Below are positions 49,801-58,245 of a stretch of DNA of 64,000 nt, in pieces. Numbering within the stretch: the first letter of the stretch is position 1; every line of letters starts with the position of its first letter. Origin of the DNA: a virus. The notes beneath the pieces were generated by a model. That model was not told the DNA's origin. It made no database searches and worked only from the letters and a program-made list of their open reading frames with translations. The position numbers and the translations under genes are program-made. Location: positions 1 to 64,000 of IMG/VR virus record IMGVR_UViG_3300014208_001433. One strand, written 5' to 3'.

Positions 49801-52800
49801 GGATGATTGCTCACGGAGTTGGATTAGGGAAAACTTTGGAGGCATTAACTTTAACTTTATTAAGTAAAGAAACCGGAAGAGCAAATAAGCCTTGTATTGT
49901 TTCTCCGAAATCAGTTTTATTAAATTGGGTTGCAGAAATTGAGAAGTGGACACATGGAGTAAATTATTTATTAGTCGGTTATTCCAAAAAAAATGAAAGC
50001 GAAGGATGGACGGAAGAAAATACGATAGAAGATAGCCGCGAAGTAAAAGAATTGAAGTTGCAACGTGCGGCGAACGAAGATTTTGACATGATTTTGATGA
50101 GTAGGGATTTATTCGGTACAATTGACTTTTCGCCGGAAACGAAAAAGAATATGCTTAATGAATTGATGGATAAGTATTACCCGGAGGGGAACCGGTTATC
50201 AACATTCTCTGATGGAGATAGTAAGTACGCGAAGAATGTGAAAAAGAAAAGAGATACGTTGTTAAGAAATCTTTCCGAAATGATGGACATACCGGAACCA
50301 TTGGGAGGAGTTTATCTTGACAACATAGGAATAGATATGTTGGTAAGGGATGAAGCGCACGACACGAAGAACTTATTAGTACCGATGGAAAGTGAAATTA
50401 GCGGAGTGAACAGCAGTACATCCCAACGAGCGATGCACAATTTATTTGCAAGCAAGATCATACGCGGACAAAATAATGATATGGGATATTTTGGGTTGAC
50501 GGCAACACCGATAAGTAATTCACCGTTAGAAGTTTTTAATATGATGGTGCCGTTTGCAGAGAAGGAACTTGAAAAATTACAAGTCCAAAATATGGATGAC
50601 TTTGTTAGCAGGTTTGCCGACATTGATAATATCCCAACCACAAGTGCAGACGGAAGAGTTATAGTAAAGAATAAATTCTCGGGCTGGAAGTCGGCCGAGG
50701 CATTAAGAAACACTTTCTTTAGATTTGTTGATTATAAGACAAAAGATGATGTTGAAAGCGTAAAGGCAAATATAAAATTCCCAAAAGAGAAAGCGGCAAA
50801 TGTGCTGAGTGATTTGAATGAAGGGCAAAAAGAAATAGTGAAGCATTGCAAGTTAAGGTTATGGATGTTAAGCAGCCGTGTATTTGATAAGGATAATAAG
50901 ACATGGGATTTTAATGCTGACAAGTTACAAGAAAAAGTAGGTGAGGGATTAATTAGCCAGGACGAAGCAACGGAAGTTTTGAATTATTTTAATGATGAAT
51001 ATTTACCTAAATATGAAGCATTGAATGCGAGGCTTGGTCCGGACGATACACCGAATGACGATCACTTTTTTAAAGTGCAGCAGGATCTAATTAAAGCAAC
51101 GAGTGATCTGCCCTGGTATAAAGATAAGCACAGCGAATATTCAAAAGAAGTTGATGATGATTTGGTTAAACAACATAGCGATTTAAAGAAGTTCGCGCAG
51201 TTGAATGAGAGCGCATTATCAATACATAAGAGCGGGGGGAAGCAAATTATCTTTGCCATCAACACGGCATTGCACGAAAAGATCAAAAATGATTTAGTGA
51301 AATCGGGAATACCGGAAAATGAAATAGTAATTGTAAACGGGAAAACGGTGAGCAGCTCGAGTAAAAGATTGCAGATAAGCAAAGCTTACAATGATGGGAA
51401 ATATAAGGTAGTAATAGGCAATTACGCAACTATGGGAGAGGGATTAAATTTTAACTATATGACAAGCGATATTCACCATTTGCAACCGGCTTGGAACCAT
51501 TTACAGATAGAACAGGGGAACGGAAGAGGGATACGGCAAGGGAATCCATTAGACAGTGTAAATACGCATTACTATTTAACGAAGGGGAGTATTGACGGAT
51601 TTATGAATACCAAGATTATGGATAAGGCGGGAATGGTTGATAAGTTCTTAAAGGGTGAAACGAGCCGTTGGGATGACGAGGTTCAGCTAGAGGCGGATGA
51701 AATGATGATTGAGTTAGCCGATAATCCGGAACAAGCAAAGGCATTATTAGCTTTCAGAAATAAAAAATTACAAGATGCACTTGCAGAGCAGCAACGGCAA
51801 TCTAACTATAAACAGTTGGATAGATTGTATGAAGTGAAAAGAAAAAAATCGGGAATGGCAGAAAAAACTTCTAAACAATATCAGATGATGGAACAGGAAG
51901 AAAGAAGTTTAACGGAAAAACTTATTGAAGCTAATTTTGAGCATAAAGGAAAACTTGATTATGATAGAACACCGGTAATACTACCAGGGATAAATAAAGT
52001 AATCCCGGTAGGTGGTATTTTAGAGGGGAAAAGCGGAGAGTTTTATGTTGTTGAAGATTATGCGCCATCGACCCAAAGAGTGAAGATAAGAACGTATAAA
52101 GCCGGAACGCAGGGTGATATGGTGGGAACCCGTGCGATAAGTGCAAAAGAACTAGACAAAGAATTTAACGCATTACATAAAGAAACCGACTTAGATTTGG
52201 GAGGGATGTTCAAAAAAATTATTGATGATAATGAAGAAGTTGGAATTAATTTTATTAGCAAAATCCCAAAGGAAATTTTGCAAATAAATAAAGTTAAACT
52301 GCTTGAGAAACTTAACAATACCGATGAAGTATTATATCAGACCATGGACGGTGATTTCAAAGTTGCAGATTACGAAAGCGCAAAGGATGAAATTGCAACC
52401 GAAGGAGGGAAGATAATTTTTCCGCAAGAGAAACCGGAATTCCCGAAAATATTAAATGAATTGATAAAACTGCATAAACCAAAGCAAAATTGGGGAGAGG
52501 GTTATTATCAATTTAGAAAATATAAGAATTTTGCAACTTCTATTTATGGTGAGAACTATGAGAACGCAATTAAGAAAGAGATCAAACGGTTAAACGGTGA
52601 AGCAACTGAAACAAGTTTTGCCATCCATACAACCGGCGCGAAATATAAAAAGACATTGAAGGATTTAGCCGATAATGGATATATGAATGATTACACTTAT
52701 AAAAGGATAATGCAAGGTAAAGCTTATGATGAATTATCAGAATTTAGTAACGCGCTTAGGGCGGAGTTTTTTGATAATTATAATATAAGACAACAAGATA

Positions 52801-52946
52801 AACACGGCGATTATTGGCTTGAATCCGGGAAGATAACACCCGAGATGTTAGATAGGGCGCGGGCAATTGATGAGATAAAGAGTGATGACAACAAAGATTT
52901 ATTAGAGGATATACTTACAAATAAACTAAGAGGAGAAGCGGCATAA
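46830..52946 (+). CDS. DarB-like N6-MTase + SNF2 helicase fusion
   Basis: YTGRGG, LEPSMGTG, GNCPFG; HGVGLGKT, DEAH, TATP, QGNGRGIRQGN. Confidence 0.88.
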   Translation: MKLFGMTIAKSKDKPKLLKAFGVILKAFGTQLGMFNDEVIEGQTKQKDGHSYVVKRSNKNPLVKRLFRADKEESKPKELSLFDKKVTVGSRQSAVGNRAESKPPKAEPIRHTEQPEAKDDLFNQPKEERKEPKAEIKVVKGKKNRKEINAKVEELLKTKKNDEMSAEDVELLAQYTGRGGLLGDTLEDISLNEFYTRKDEAEFIWDMIGKLGFKGGNVLEPSMGTGIFVETAPEKALVTGIEIEETSGRIGQILHGNEHDIRIQSFEQFVKDYDNMGADLEGGEYDAIVGNCPFGKRGLSAMDDREKSDIKFHEQYFIDRGLDMLKPGGIMAMIVPTSIMDNQLNQWRGEVNKKGEFLGAIRVPTGAFKHTDAQVTTDIVFFKKRPPEVIDHLNKLSKEELGEAYDDMVMDADFVSGNFFKNNPEYALGTETSGMFGMKIWKGDITKADLEKVGELLNHEARDYSSLGIDVSKYGELEKELEPGDVKILNGRTYILNKNHRWERLKDQEVVLQNLPEDIKKLGITSWDEWRIKSEDTAYLYGLDKDQLKLFGQTRIVNELDGYNGKNDFQTEYLTKGVVLGLAVKDFRKELQDGRLSAEEAQMEAGKLKILLKDFIEKYGHPIENLKLNKFFKNSGNAPLLNLAGSYDKNGNTIKMFDDPLSFYKVYQTKSEIGTVDRNNIVSVIGFLFANNFPTDYQTVRGEYEGDGDIERELAYSDEIYFDEEGNYKPKEEVLYGYIYEKIDAWEKQRTELKKESKNEKLSDKEKELNAQKMRKLEDQIIEAKTRANIREIKQLPIMLSDAGSIYDIGILNKYLEEKIGAHFLGELRKDEKSGFILPVDESSAKLYLSYADITKEGKSTDVKRELRDLFNKDEHPLLFMILNKMNGLGLPALRTEEGIAKKEQVLQLETDFKQYLSDSEEADKIADTYNRLFNSYIQKTYDEKPIEGIKHFAYDRVVGKDASGKDITGKDKAGGHTWATVRRMYEQGKGMIAHGVGLGKTLEALTLTLLSKETGRANKPCIVSPKSVLLNWVAEIEKWTHGVNYLLVGYSKKNESEGWTEENTIEDSREVKELKLQRAANEDFDMILMSRDLFGTIDFSPETKKNMLNELMDKYYPEGNRLSTFSDGDSKYAKNVKKKRDTLLRNLSEMMDIPEPLGGVYLDNIGIDMLVRDEAHDTKNLLVPMESEISGVNSSTSQRAMHNLFASKIIRGQNNDMGYFGLTATPISNSPLEVFNMMVPFAEKELEKLQVQNMDDFVSRFADIDNIPTTSADGRVIVKNKFSGWKSAEALRNTFFRFVDYKTKDDVESVKANIKFPKEKAANVLSDLNEGQKEIVKHCKLRLWMLSSRVFDKDNKTWDFNADKLQEKVGEGLISQDEATEVLNYFNDEYLPKYEALNARLGPDDTPNDDHFFKVQQDLIKATSDLPWYKDKHSEYSKEVDDDLVKQHSDLKKFAQLNESALSIHKSGGKQIIFAINTALHEKIKNDLVKSGIPENEIVIVNGKTVSSSSKRLQISKAYNDGKYKVVIGNYATMGEGLNFNYMTSDIHHLQPAWNHLQIEQGNGRGIRQGNPLDSVNTHYYLTKGSIDGFMNTKIMDKAGMVDKFLKGETSRWDDEVQLEADEMMIELADNPEQAKALLAFRNKKLQDALAEQQRQSNYKQLDRLYEVKRKKSGMAEKTSKQYQMMEQEERSLTEKLIEANFEHKGKLDYDRTPVILPGINKVIPVGGILEGKSGEFYVVEDYAPSTQRVKIRTYKAGTQGDMVGTRAISAKELDKEFNALHKETDLDLGGMFKKIIDDNEEVGINFISKIPKEILQINKVKLLEKLNNTDEVLYQTMDGDFKVADYESAKDEIATEGGKIIFPQEKPEFPKILNELIKLHKPKQNWGEGYYQFRKYKNFATSIYGENYENAIKKEIKRLNGEATETSFAIHTTGAKYKKTLKDLADNGYMNDYTYKRIMQGKAYDELSEFSNALRAEFFDNYNIRQQDKHGDYWLESGKITPEMLDRARAIDEIKSDDNKDLLEDILTNKLRGEAA

Positions 52947-53320
52947 TGGAACTAAAAGAAAAAACAATTGAGGATAGCAGCAAGTCATTTGTGGATAAAT
53001 TCAAATGGGAGGGGATGAGTGAAGAAGGATATAAACAAGCGAATACCGCCCTAGCTGATTATAACAAAAAAATGTGTGACGAAATTGATTTCTCAGAAGC
53101 GGGGAATGGATTCCCAAGAATAATATTAGGTGATATTGAGTTTATGGTTCTCCCCTACCACAGAATAAAGCATTTTGCAACTGACCATGGTACTGCCGGA
53201 ACAATTGGTTTTGGTAGTGGGAAATATTTATTAAAAGAGTGTACACTGATGCCCGCAATTTGTGACCCGGAATGTAATTTTGCAATTGCTCCAGCACAAA
53301 AGAAAATAGAGGAGAAATAG
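52946..53320 (+). CDS. Hypothetical protein flanked by duplicated junction
   Basis: Starts MELKEK, next gene starts MELREK. Confidence 0.6.
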   Translation: MELKEKTIEDSSKSFVDKFKWEGMSEEGYKQANTALADYNKKMCDEIDFSEAGNGFPRIILGDIEFMVLPYHRIKHFATDHGTAGTIGFGSGKYLLKECTLMPAICDPECNFAIAPAQKKIEEK

Positions 53321-53324
53321 CATA

Positions 53325-53702
53325 ATGGAACTAAGAGAGAAAGTTAAGCTATTGCTTAACACGTGGATACAAACGGAAGATGGAACGGGAACTTTTAAGT
53401 TGACCGGACCATATTGGGAAGTGCTTTACCCAATACTGAAAAAGCACGAACCGGATTTGTTAAAGCAGTATGAAAATAAATTGCAAGAAGTGTTCGAAAA
53501 CTTTAACGAAGAAATTAGAGAGAAAGTTTCTTCGGGAGATGAAGAGCAGGACTATGTTAATGCAATTAACTACATGAATGCGCGGGAGAAGCAGTACGCA
53601 AATAACGGCGATGTTCATTATGTAGATAATGACGGAGATGATTACGCATACATTCCGAATGTAAGCATTGATCAGAATGAACATTTTGGAAGAGAAGTTT
53701 AG
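53325..53702 (+). CDS. Hypothetical acidic protein
   Basis: GAGGAG RBS. Confidence 0.6.
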   Translation: MELREKVKLLLNTWIQTEDGTGTFKLTGPYWEVLYPILKKHEPDLLKQYENKLQEVFENFNEEIREKVSSGDEEQDYVNAINYMNAREKQYANNGDVHYVDNDGDDYAYIPNVSIDQNEHFGREV

Positions 53703-53703
53703 C

Positions 53704-53721
53704 GGCGTAAAATTACGCCGG
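53704..53721. other. Short hairpin
   Basis: CGGCGTAA-AA-TTACGCCG directly after the stop codon. Confidence 0.5.
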
Positions 53722-53774
53722 AATTAAAAGGAGCTTGTTCACGGGATACACAAATCTAAAATGTAGGAATAGAG

Positions 53775-54257
53775 ATGGAAGTGTGTGACGTAGACGAGGA
53801 AGTGTTAGAAAAGTTAATAAAAGAATTTACTGATGAATTTGGTGAAGAAGTGCTTAAGGAGGTTTACCGATTTCACCGGAAATTAGCTAATAAAATGTAT
53901 GTGAAGAATTTTCCGGCAGCGGAAATTTATCATAGACTTTTGATTAAAGATATCCGCAATGGTAAGTATGCAAATATGAGTGTACGTGCAATTGCGGCGA
54001 TTGAAAAGGTTAGTGAAGGTACGATCTATAACATTATCGGGAAAGCGTGTAGAGTTAAGAAACCGATTTATCAATACTCGGTTAGGGGTAAATTAATAAA
54101 GAAATGGAACAGCGGAACGGAAATAGAAAAAGAATTGGGCTATAATGCAAGTCCAATACGGGCAAGCTGTAGAGAGGGGAACGATAGAGCGACTTATGGT
54201 TTTGTTTGGAGATACCAGGAGCTAACGGGAGAAGAACTTTTGGCAATTAGGAATTAG
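53775..54257 (+). CDS. Mor/C-like activator fused to NUMOD1 domain
   Basis: SVRAIAAIEKVSEGTIYNII HTH; KPIYQYSVRGKLIKKWNS...YGFVWRY. Confidence 0.7.
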   Translation: MEVCDVDEEVLEKLIKEFTDEFGEEVLKEVYRFHRKLANKMYVKNFPAAEIYHRLLIKDIRNGKYANMSVRAIAAIEKVSEGTIYNIIGKACRVKKPIYQYSVRGKLIKKWNSGTEIEKELGYNASPIRASCREGNDRATYGFVWRYQELTGEELLAIRN

Positions 54258-54300
54258 GATAAAGTTTACATTATTTTTACAAGATAAAAAGGAGCTTCAA

Positions 54301-54588
54301 ATGAGTTATACTAAAATTTCACTATTTGGGGAAAGAAAAGGCGTTGGAACTTTTGAGACCTTTTTCAACACGGGCAAATACAAATCTATTGATGAGGCAA
54401 TAAAAATAAATGATTATGTAATAGTAGACTTTGTAAAAGATGATAAGGGCATAATTTATTTTGAGATAAAACATTCACAACGCCAAAACGAAAGCATATA
54501 TCACCGCCTTAATATACAGAGACCAATATGTGGAATTGATGTGTCTGATGATGTTGTTTGTTGTGAAATTGTGGAAACTTTATTATAA
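54301..54588 (+). CDS. Hypothetical protein
   Basis: AAAGGAG RBS. Confidence 0.55.
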   Translation: MSYTKISLFGERKGVGTFETFFNTGKYKSIDEAIKINDYVIVDFVKDDKGIIYFEIKHSQRQNESIYHRLNIQRPICGIDVSDDVVCCEIVETLL

Positions 54589-54656
54589 AAGTGTAAAGTT
54601 TTGGGGTTACATATTTTTCTTACATAATATTTTACATATTCTGCATATGTTTTTGG

Positions 54657-54687
54657 AACCTCCGGAGTGAAAGCTTCGGGGGTTTTT
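54657..54687 (+). terminator. Rho-independent terminator
   Basis: AACCTCCGGAG/CTTCGGGGGTT stem plus T-run. Confidence 0.75.
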
Positions 54688-54714
54688 AGTTTTTAAAGCG
54701 ACCTCATCCCATTT

Positions 54715-54737
54715 CCCTCTCCTTGCGAAGGAGAGGG
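54715..54737. repeat. REP-like palindrome
   Basis: CCCTCTCCTT-GCG-AAGGAGAGGG. Confidence 0.7.
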
Positions 54738-54787
54738 TTGGATATTATTTAACACATAAAAGAACCAACCTATTAACAATCTTCAAA

Positions 54788-54822
54788 TTTCAACCCTTCG
54801 GAGAAAATCGCATTCCTTAAAT
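54788..54822 (+). promoter_or_regulatory. Putative late promoter (copy 2)
   Basis: TTTCAACCCTTCGGAGAA-N12-TAAAT. Confidence 0.65.
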
Positions 54823-54848
54823 ATGCAATAAAAAAAGAGTGAACAATT

Positions 54849-56225
54849 TTGAATAACACGTTTGAATTTTTTGCACCGGCTTATTTGGTTAAAAGCGGAA
54901 GTAAAACCGAACCTTACAAGGTTGGCGGAACAATTTCTACAGAGAACCGGGATACTGATAATGAAATAATGAAGAGTATCGATTGGAGTTATTTCACTTC
55001 CGGTTTTGGCAAAATTAAATACGAACATAAGGATATCCCAGAACCGCATTGTTTTATTGGCTTTCCGACAAAGTTAGGGAAGAGCGGGAAATCATGGAAC
55101 TTTGAAGGAGAACTTGTTGCATACGATCCGGAATTGCCGGATGAGAAATTAACACAACAGCAAAAACTTGCAAAAAGCACGGTTACTCTTTTACAGCACA
55201 TGGATGAATTTAATAAACGTCATCCAAATGCGATGCAAAAAGCGGGATGGAGTGTTGAGGGAGAATATTTGTCGAAAAGCAAGGACGGGGTTGTTTCGGC
55301 AAGAGTTGTAAATGTAGTATTTACAACTAAACCACGGAACAGAGAAACGTTTGCAAAATTAGTTAAGAGTTTAGAAGTGGGGTATGGAATGACACCCGAT
55401 ACACAAACGGGATTTGGGGCGACAAGAAAAGAATCAATTGATCATAACATTAAACTAAATGGAGTTACAAAAATGGAAACGAAAAATGATGTGTACAAAA
55501 AATGCTTAGCCAAAGGGATGAAACCGGAAGAGGCTAAGAAAGCGGCTGATGAATTTGAAGCAAAGCAAAAAGGAGAGATGAACGAAAGTTTTGAGACCGC
55601 TGCAAAATCATTGGGCACGGCGAAATTATCTCTTCAAAAATCGCTTGATACAGCTAAATCAATCTCTGAAATAGAGTTTGAAGTTGATATTAAAGCGCAG
55701 GAAAAAAGTTTGCAAAAATCAATCGCGCTGATGAACAAAGGCGGAGAAGAAGCAGATATTTCCGATTACCTTGAAAAATCCTCTGAAATTTCTTTGAACG
55801 CATTGAAAGCGCTGGACGCAATTAATCAAAAAGTTGATCTGTTGGCAAAATCGATTGTTCTTTTAGCAGAAGGACAGTTGAATCAAGTCTCAGGTGATGA
55901 ACATTTGGTAAAATCTCTTGATTTGGTGAATAACCAAGTTGAAGATCAACGGATGGGACTTTTAACCTTGGTGAGCAAGCTTAGAAAAAGTACCGGCAAT
56001 AATTTGTTGACCGACAATATCACTTTTGCTGAAAACAACAAGGATTTAGGGACAGGCGTAGAACTTAACAAAGCGCAAAAAGTAAAAGTGCTTGAAAAAT
56101 TGGTTGCGGAAAAATCGGTTGACGAAATTGTTTTGGTTGACTTTAGCGCCGGTGGTACACAGGCAACTTTGCCGGAATCGGTTGAACAGTTGGTGAAATC
56201 AAAAGCTGTTGACATGTTCAAGTAA
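54849..56225 (+). CDS. Prohead protease fused to scaffold (nested ATG at 55473)
   Basis: STENRDTDNE, KYEH, GWSVEG, TTKPRN; helical C-half; GGAG-8nt-ATG in frame at 55473. Confidence 0.85.
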   Translation: MNNTFEFFAPAYLVKSGSKTEPYKVGGTISTENRDTDNEIMKSIDWSYFTSGFGKIKYEHKDIPEPHCFIGFPTKLGKSGKSWNFEGELVAYDPELPDEKLTQQQKLAKSTVTLLQHMDEFNKRHPNAMQKAGWSVEGEYLSKSKDGVVSARVVNVVFTTKPRNRETFAKLVKSLEVGYGMTPDTQTGFGATRKESIDHNIKLNGVTKMETKNDVYKKCLAKGMKPEEAKKAADEFEAKQKGEMNESFETAAKSLGTAKLSLQKSLDTAKSISEIEFEVDIKAQEKSLQKSIALMNKGGEEADISDYLEKSSEISLNALKALDAINQKVDLLAKSIVLLAEGQLNQVSGDEHLVKSLDLVNNQVEDQRMGLLTLVSKLRKSTGNNLLTDNITFAENNKDLGTGVELNKAQKVKVLEKLVAEKSVDEIVLVDFSAGGTQATLPESVEQLVKSKAVDMFK

Positions 56226-56293
56226 GAAAATGTTAATACATAAGAAAAATTAACAAGTAACTTTTAATAATATAAAAAATTGGAGTAAATAAA

Positions 56294-57727
56294 ATGGACG
56301 ATTTAATGTTTGGCGAACTTGCCGTAAACGGATCAGCTTATGGCGGCGCATCAACAGTAAAAGAACTCCAGGACTTAGCCAAAGCTCTTGAGGTTGGTTA
56401 TGCGATGGGGACAACGGACCAAACCGGATTTGGAGCCACAAGACTTGAAAGCCTTGACCCGGTTGTAAAATGGCTTACCCTAAACGAATCTTCCCCGGCA
56501 TTCTTTAGAGCAATACGAAAAGGGAAGGCTTCCAGCACGGTTGAAGAATTTGTAACCATGAATGAGGTAGGAGATGCTAATTTTTATTCTGAAGGCGGAT
56601 TACCGGACGAATATGATGAAGATATCCGAAGAGAATTTGAGCAGGTAAAATACATCGGAACCGTAGGTAAAATTCCTTTGCAGGCTTTAATGGTAAAAAG
56701 CAATACCAATAACGAAGCGCTTGTTACAAGAGCCAAAGCACTTGCGATAATGAAAACCGCAGATAGCAAAATAATCTATGGTGATGCTGCTCGTAATCCT
56801 TACGAATGGAATGGTTATTACAAACAATTTAAAACAAAAGCAAAGAATGTAAGCCAAAACACAATTGATTTGCGCGGTAAACGTGTTAGACCGGAAACCT
56901 TAAATGAATCGGTACAAATTATTGCCGATAACTGGGGAAACGCAAATAACGTAAAATGCTGGATGAGCGCCAAAGATTTTCAATTTTATACCGATGAATT
57001 GTTAGCCGGTAGAAGATTTGTGGTAGGAAGTTCTGAAGCCCGTGATCTTATCGCTTCCGCGAAAAGATTTGAACTTGGGAACGGAAAAGGAAATATTGAA
57101 ACCGATATTCTTTTGAAATACAAGGGTCAAAATTATATAGGCGCAGAGTATCCTAAAACAAACACCGCGATGACAGTATTTGCAGCAACAAACAGCAAAG
57201 CACCAGCCACCCTTAACTCAAGCACTGCAACTATTTCAGTTGATACTGATGCAGCTACCTTGCTTGACGCAGCAACTTACGATTACGCATTTGTACCGGT
57301 TAATAAATACGGTGCGGGCGCAGCATTTGAAGTTAAAACAAACGTTGTTGCAGCTTCTAAACGCTGTACTTTTACCTTAACTGATAACGGTTCACCTTCA
57401 GGACAAGAAGCAACAAGTTTTGATATTTACCGTAAACTTTCATCCGCAACTGCAATTACAAGTTATAGATATTTAACTTCGTTTACAGCAGCCGAAGCAA
57501 AGATCGATAACGGTGAATGGATACCGGGAGCGACTAATATTTTCTTATGGGATTGGGACTTTGAACAAGTACTCGATTTCCGTCAATTACTGCCAATGAC
57601 TAAGATGGGATTGGCTCAAATTGATGATTCCAAGAGATGGATGCAAAAATTATGGGCAGTGCCGATTCTTGTAGCACCAAACAAAATGGTGATGATAAAG
57701 AACGCGGGTTCTACTGCTTGGGCTTAA
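56294..57727 (+). CDS. Major capsid protein (SPO1/Twort-like)
   Basis: LAKALEVGY...Q.G.GA.R.ESLD N-arm, STVEEF, IYGD...EWNG, IDLRGK, LLPMTKM.LA. Confidence 0.88.
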   Translation: MDDLMFGELAVNGSAYGGASTVKELQDLAKALEVGYAMGTTDQTGFGATRLESLDPVVKWLTLNESSPAFFRAIRKGKASSTVEEFVTMNEVGDANFYSEGGLPDEYDEDIRREFEQVKYIGTVGKIPLQALMVKSNTNNEALVTRAKALAIMKTADSKIIYGDAARNPYEWNGYYKQFKTKAKNVSQNTIDLRGKRVRPETLNESVQIIADNWGNANNVKCWMSAKDFQFYTDELLAGRRFVVGSSEARDLIASAKRFELGNGKGNIETDILLKYKGQNYIGAEYPKTNTAMTVFAATNSKAPATLNSSTATISVDTDAATLLDAATYDYAFVPVNKYGAGAAFEVKTNVVAASKRCTFTLTDNGSPSGQEATSFDIYRKLSSATAITSYRYLTSFTAAEAKIDNGEWIPGATNIFLWDWDFEQVLDFRQLLPMTKMGLAQIDDSKRWMQKLWAVPILVAPNKMVMIKNAGSTAWA

Positions 57728-57751
57728 CGGATTAACAAACAAACAAATTTC

Positions 57752-57787
57752 TATTCCCCTCTTCCGTTTATGCGGCGGAGGGGAATA
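57752..57787 (+). terminator. Hairpin after capsid gene (stabiliser or weak terminator)
   Basis: TATTCCCCTC/GAGGGGAATA stem, no T-run. Confidence 0.55.
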
Positions 57788-57813
57788 AATTAAAACACAT
57801 CAGAGGCTAAAAA

Positions 57814-58245
57814 ATGGTTAAGCATACATACCTTAAAAATTTAACGTTAAATGTACCAACTTCCGTTAACAGTACGGGCAAACTTCACTTGGATGAAGAC
57901 GGTTGTATAGTTGAGGAATTGAGTTTTGAGCAAGAGAGCGAATTGATTGATCACCCGGATTTTGTTACAGTAGAAAGTGAAAAGTCGCAAGTAGAAAGCA
58001 AAGAGTTGCAATCCGCCGAAGGCGGAGAAAGTAACGATCAAGAGAACAACCAAGAGCAAGAAGAAAAAACCGCAGAGCAAGAGAGCGGAGAAAATTCTGA
58101 AGGGAAAGCCGGGGAACAATCCGAAGACGAACTAAAAGAATTGGATACTAAAATTGTAAACGGGAAAGGGTTCATCTACAAGAAAAACGTGAAAGATGTT
58201 TTGATGTGGTTACGGCATCCAGAGCTTGATGAAAAGGGTAAATAA
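57814..58245 (+). CDS. Acidic head-associated protein
   Basis: Follows capsid gene; ends with the DTK..NG..W module. Confidence 0.6.
   Translation: MVKHTYLKNLTLNVPTSVNSTGKLHLDEDGCIVEELSFEQESELIDHPDFVTVESEKSQVESKELQSAEGGESNDQENNQEQEEKTAEQESGENSEGKAGEQSEDELKELDTKIVNGKGFIYKKNVKDVLMWLRHPELDEKGK

Noticed and set aside
53775-54257. Homing endonuclease (NUMOD1 present)
   Set aside because: No HNH or GIY-YIG catalytic domain; the N-half is HTH-like
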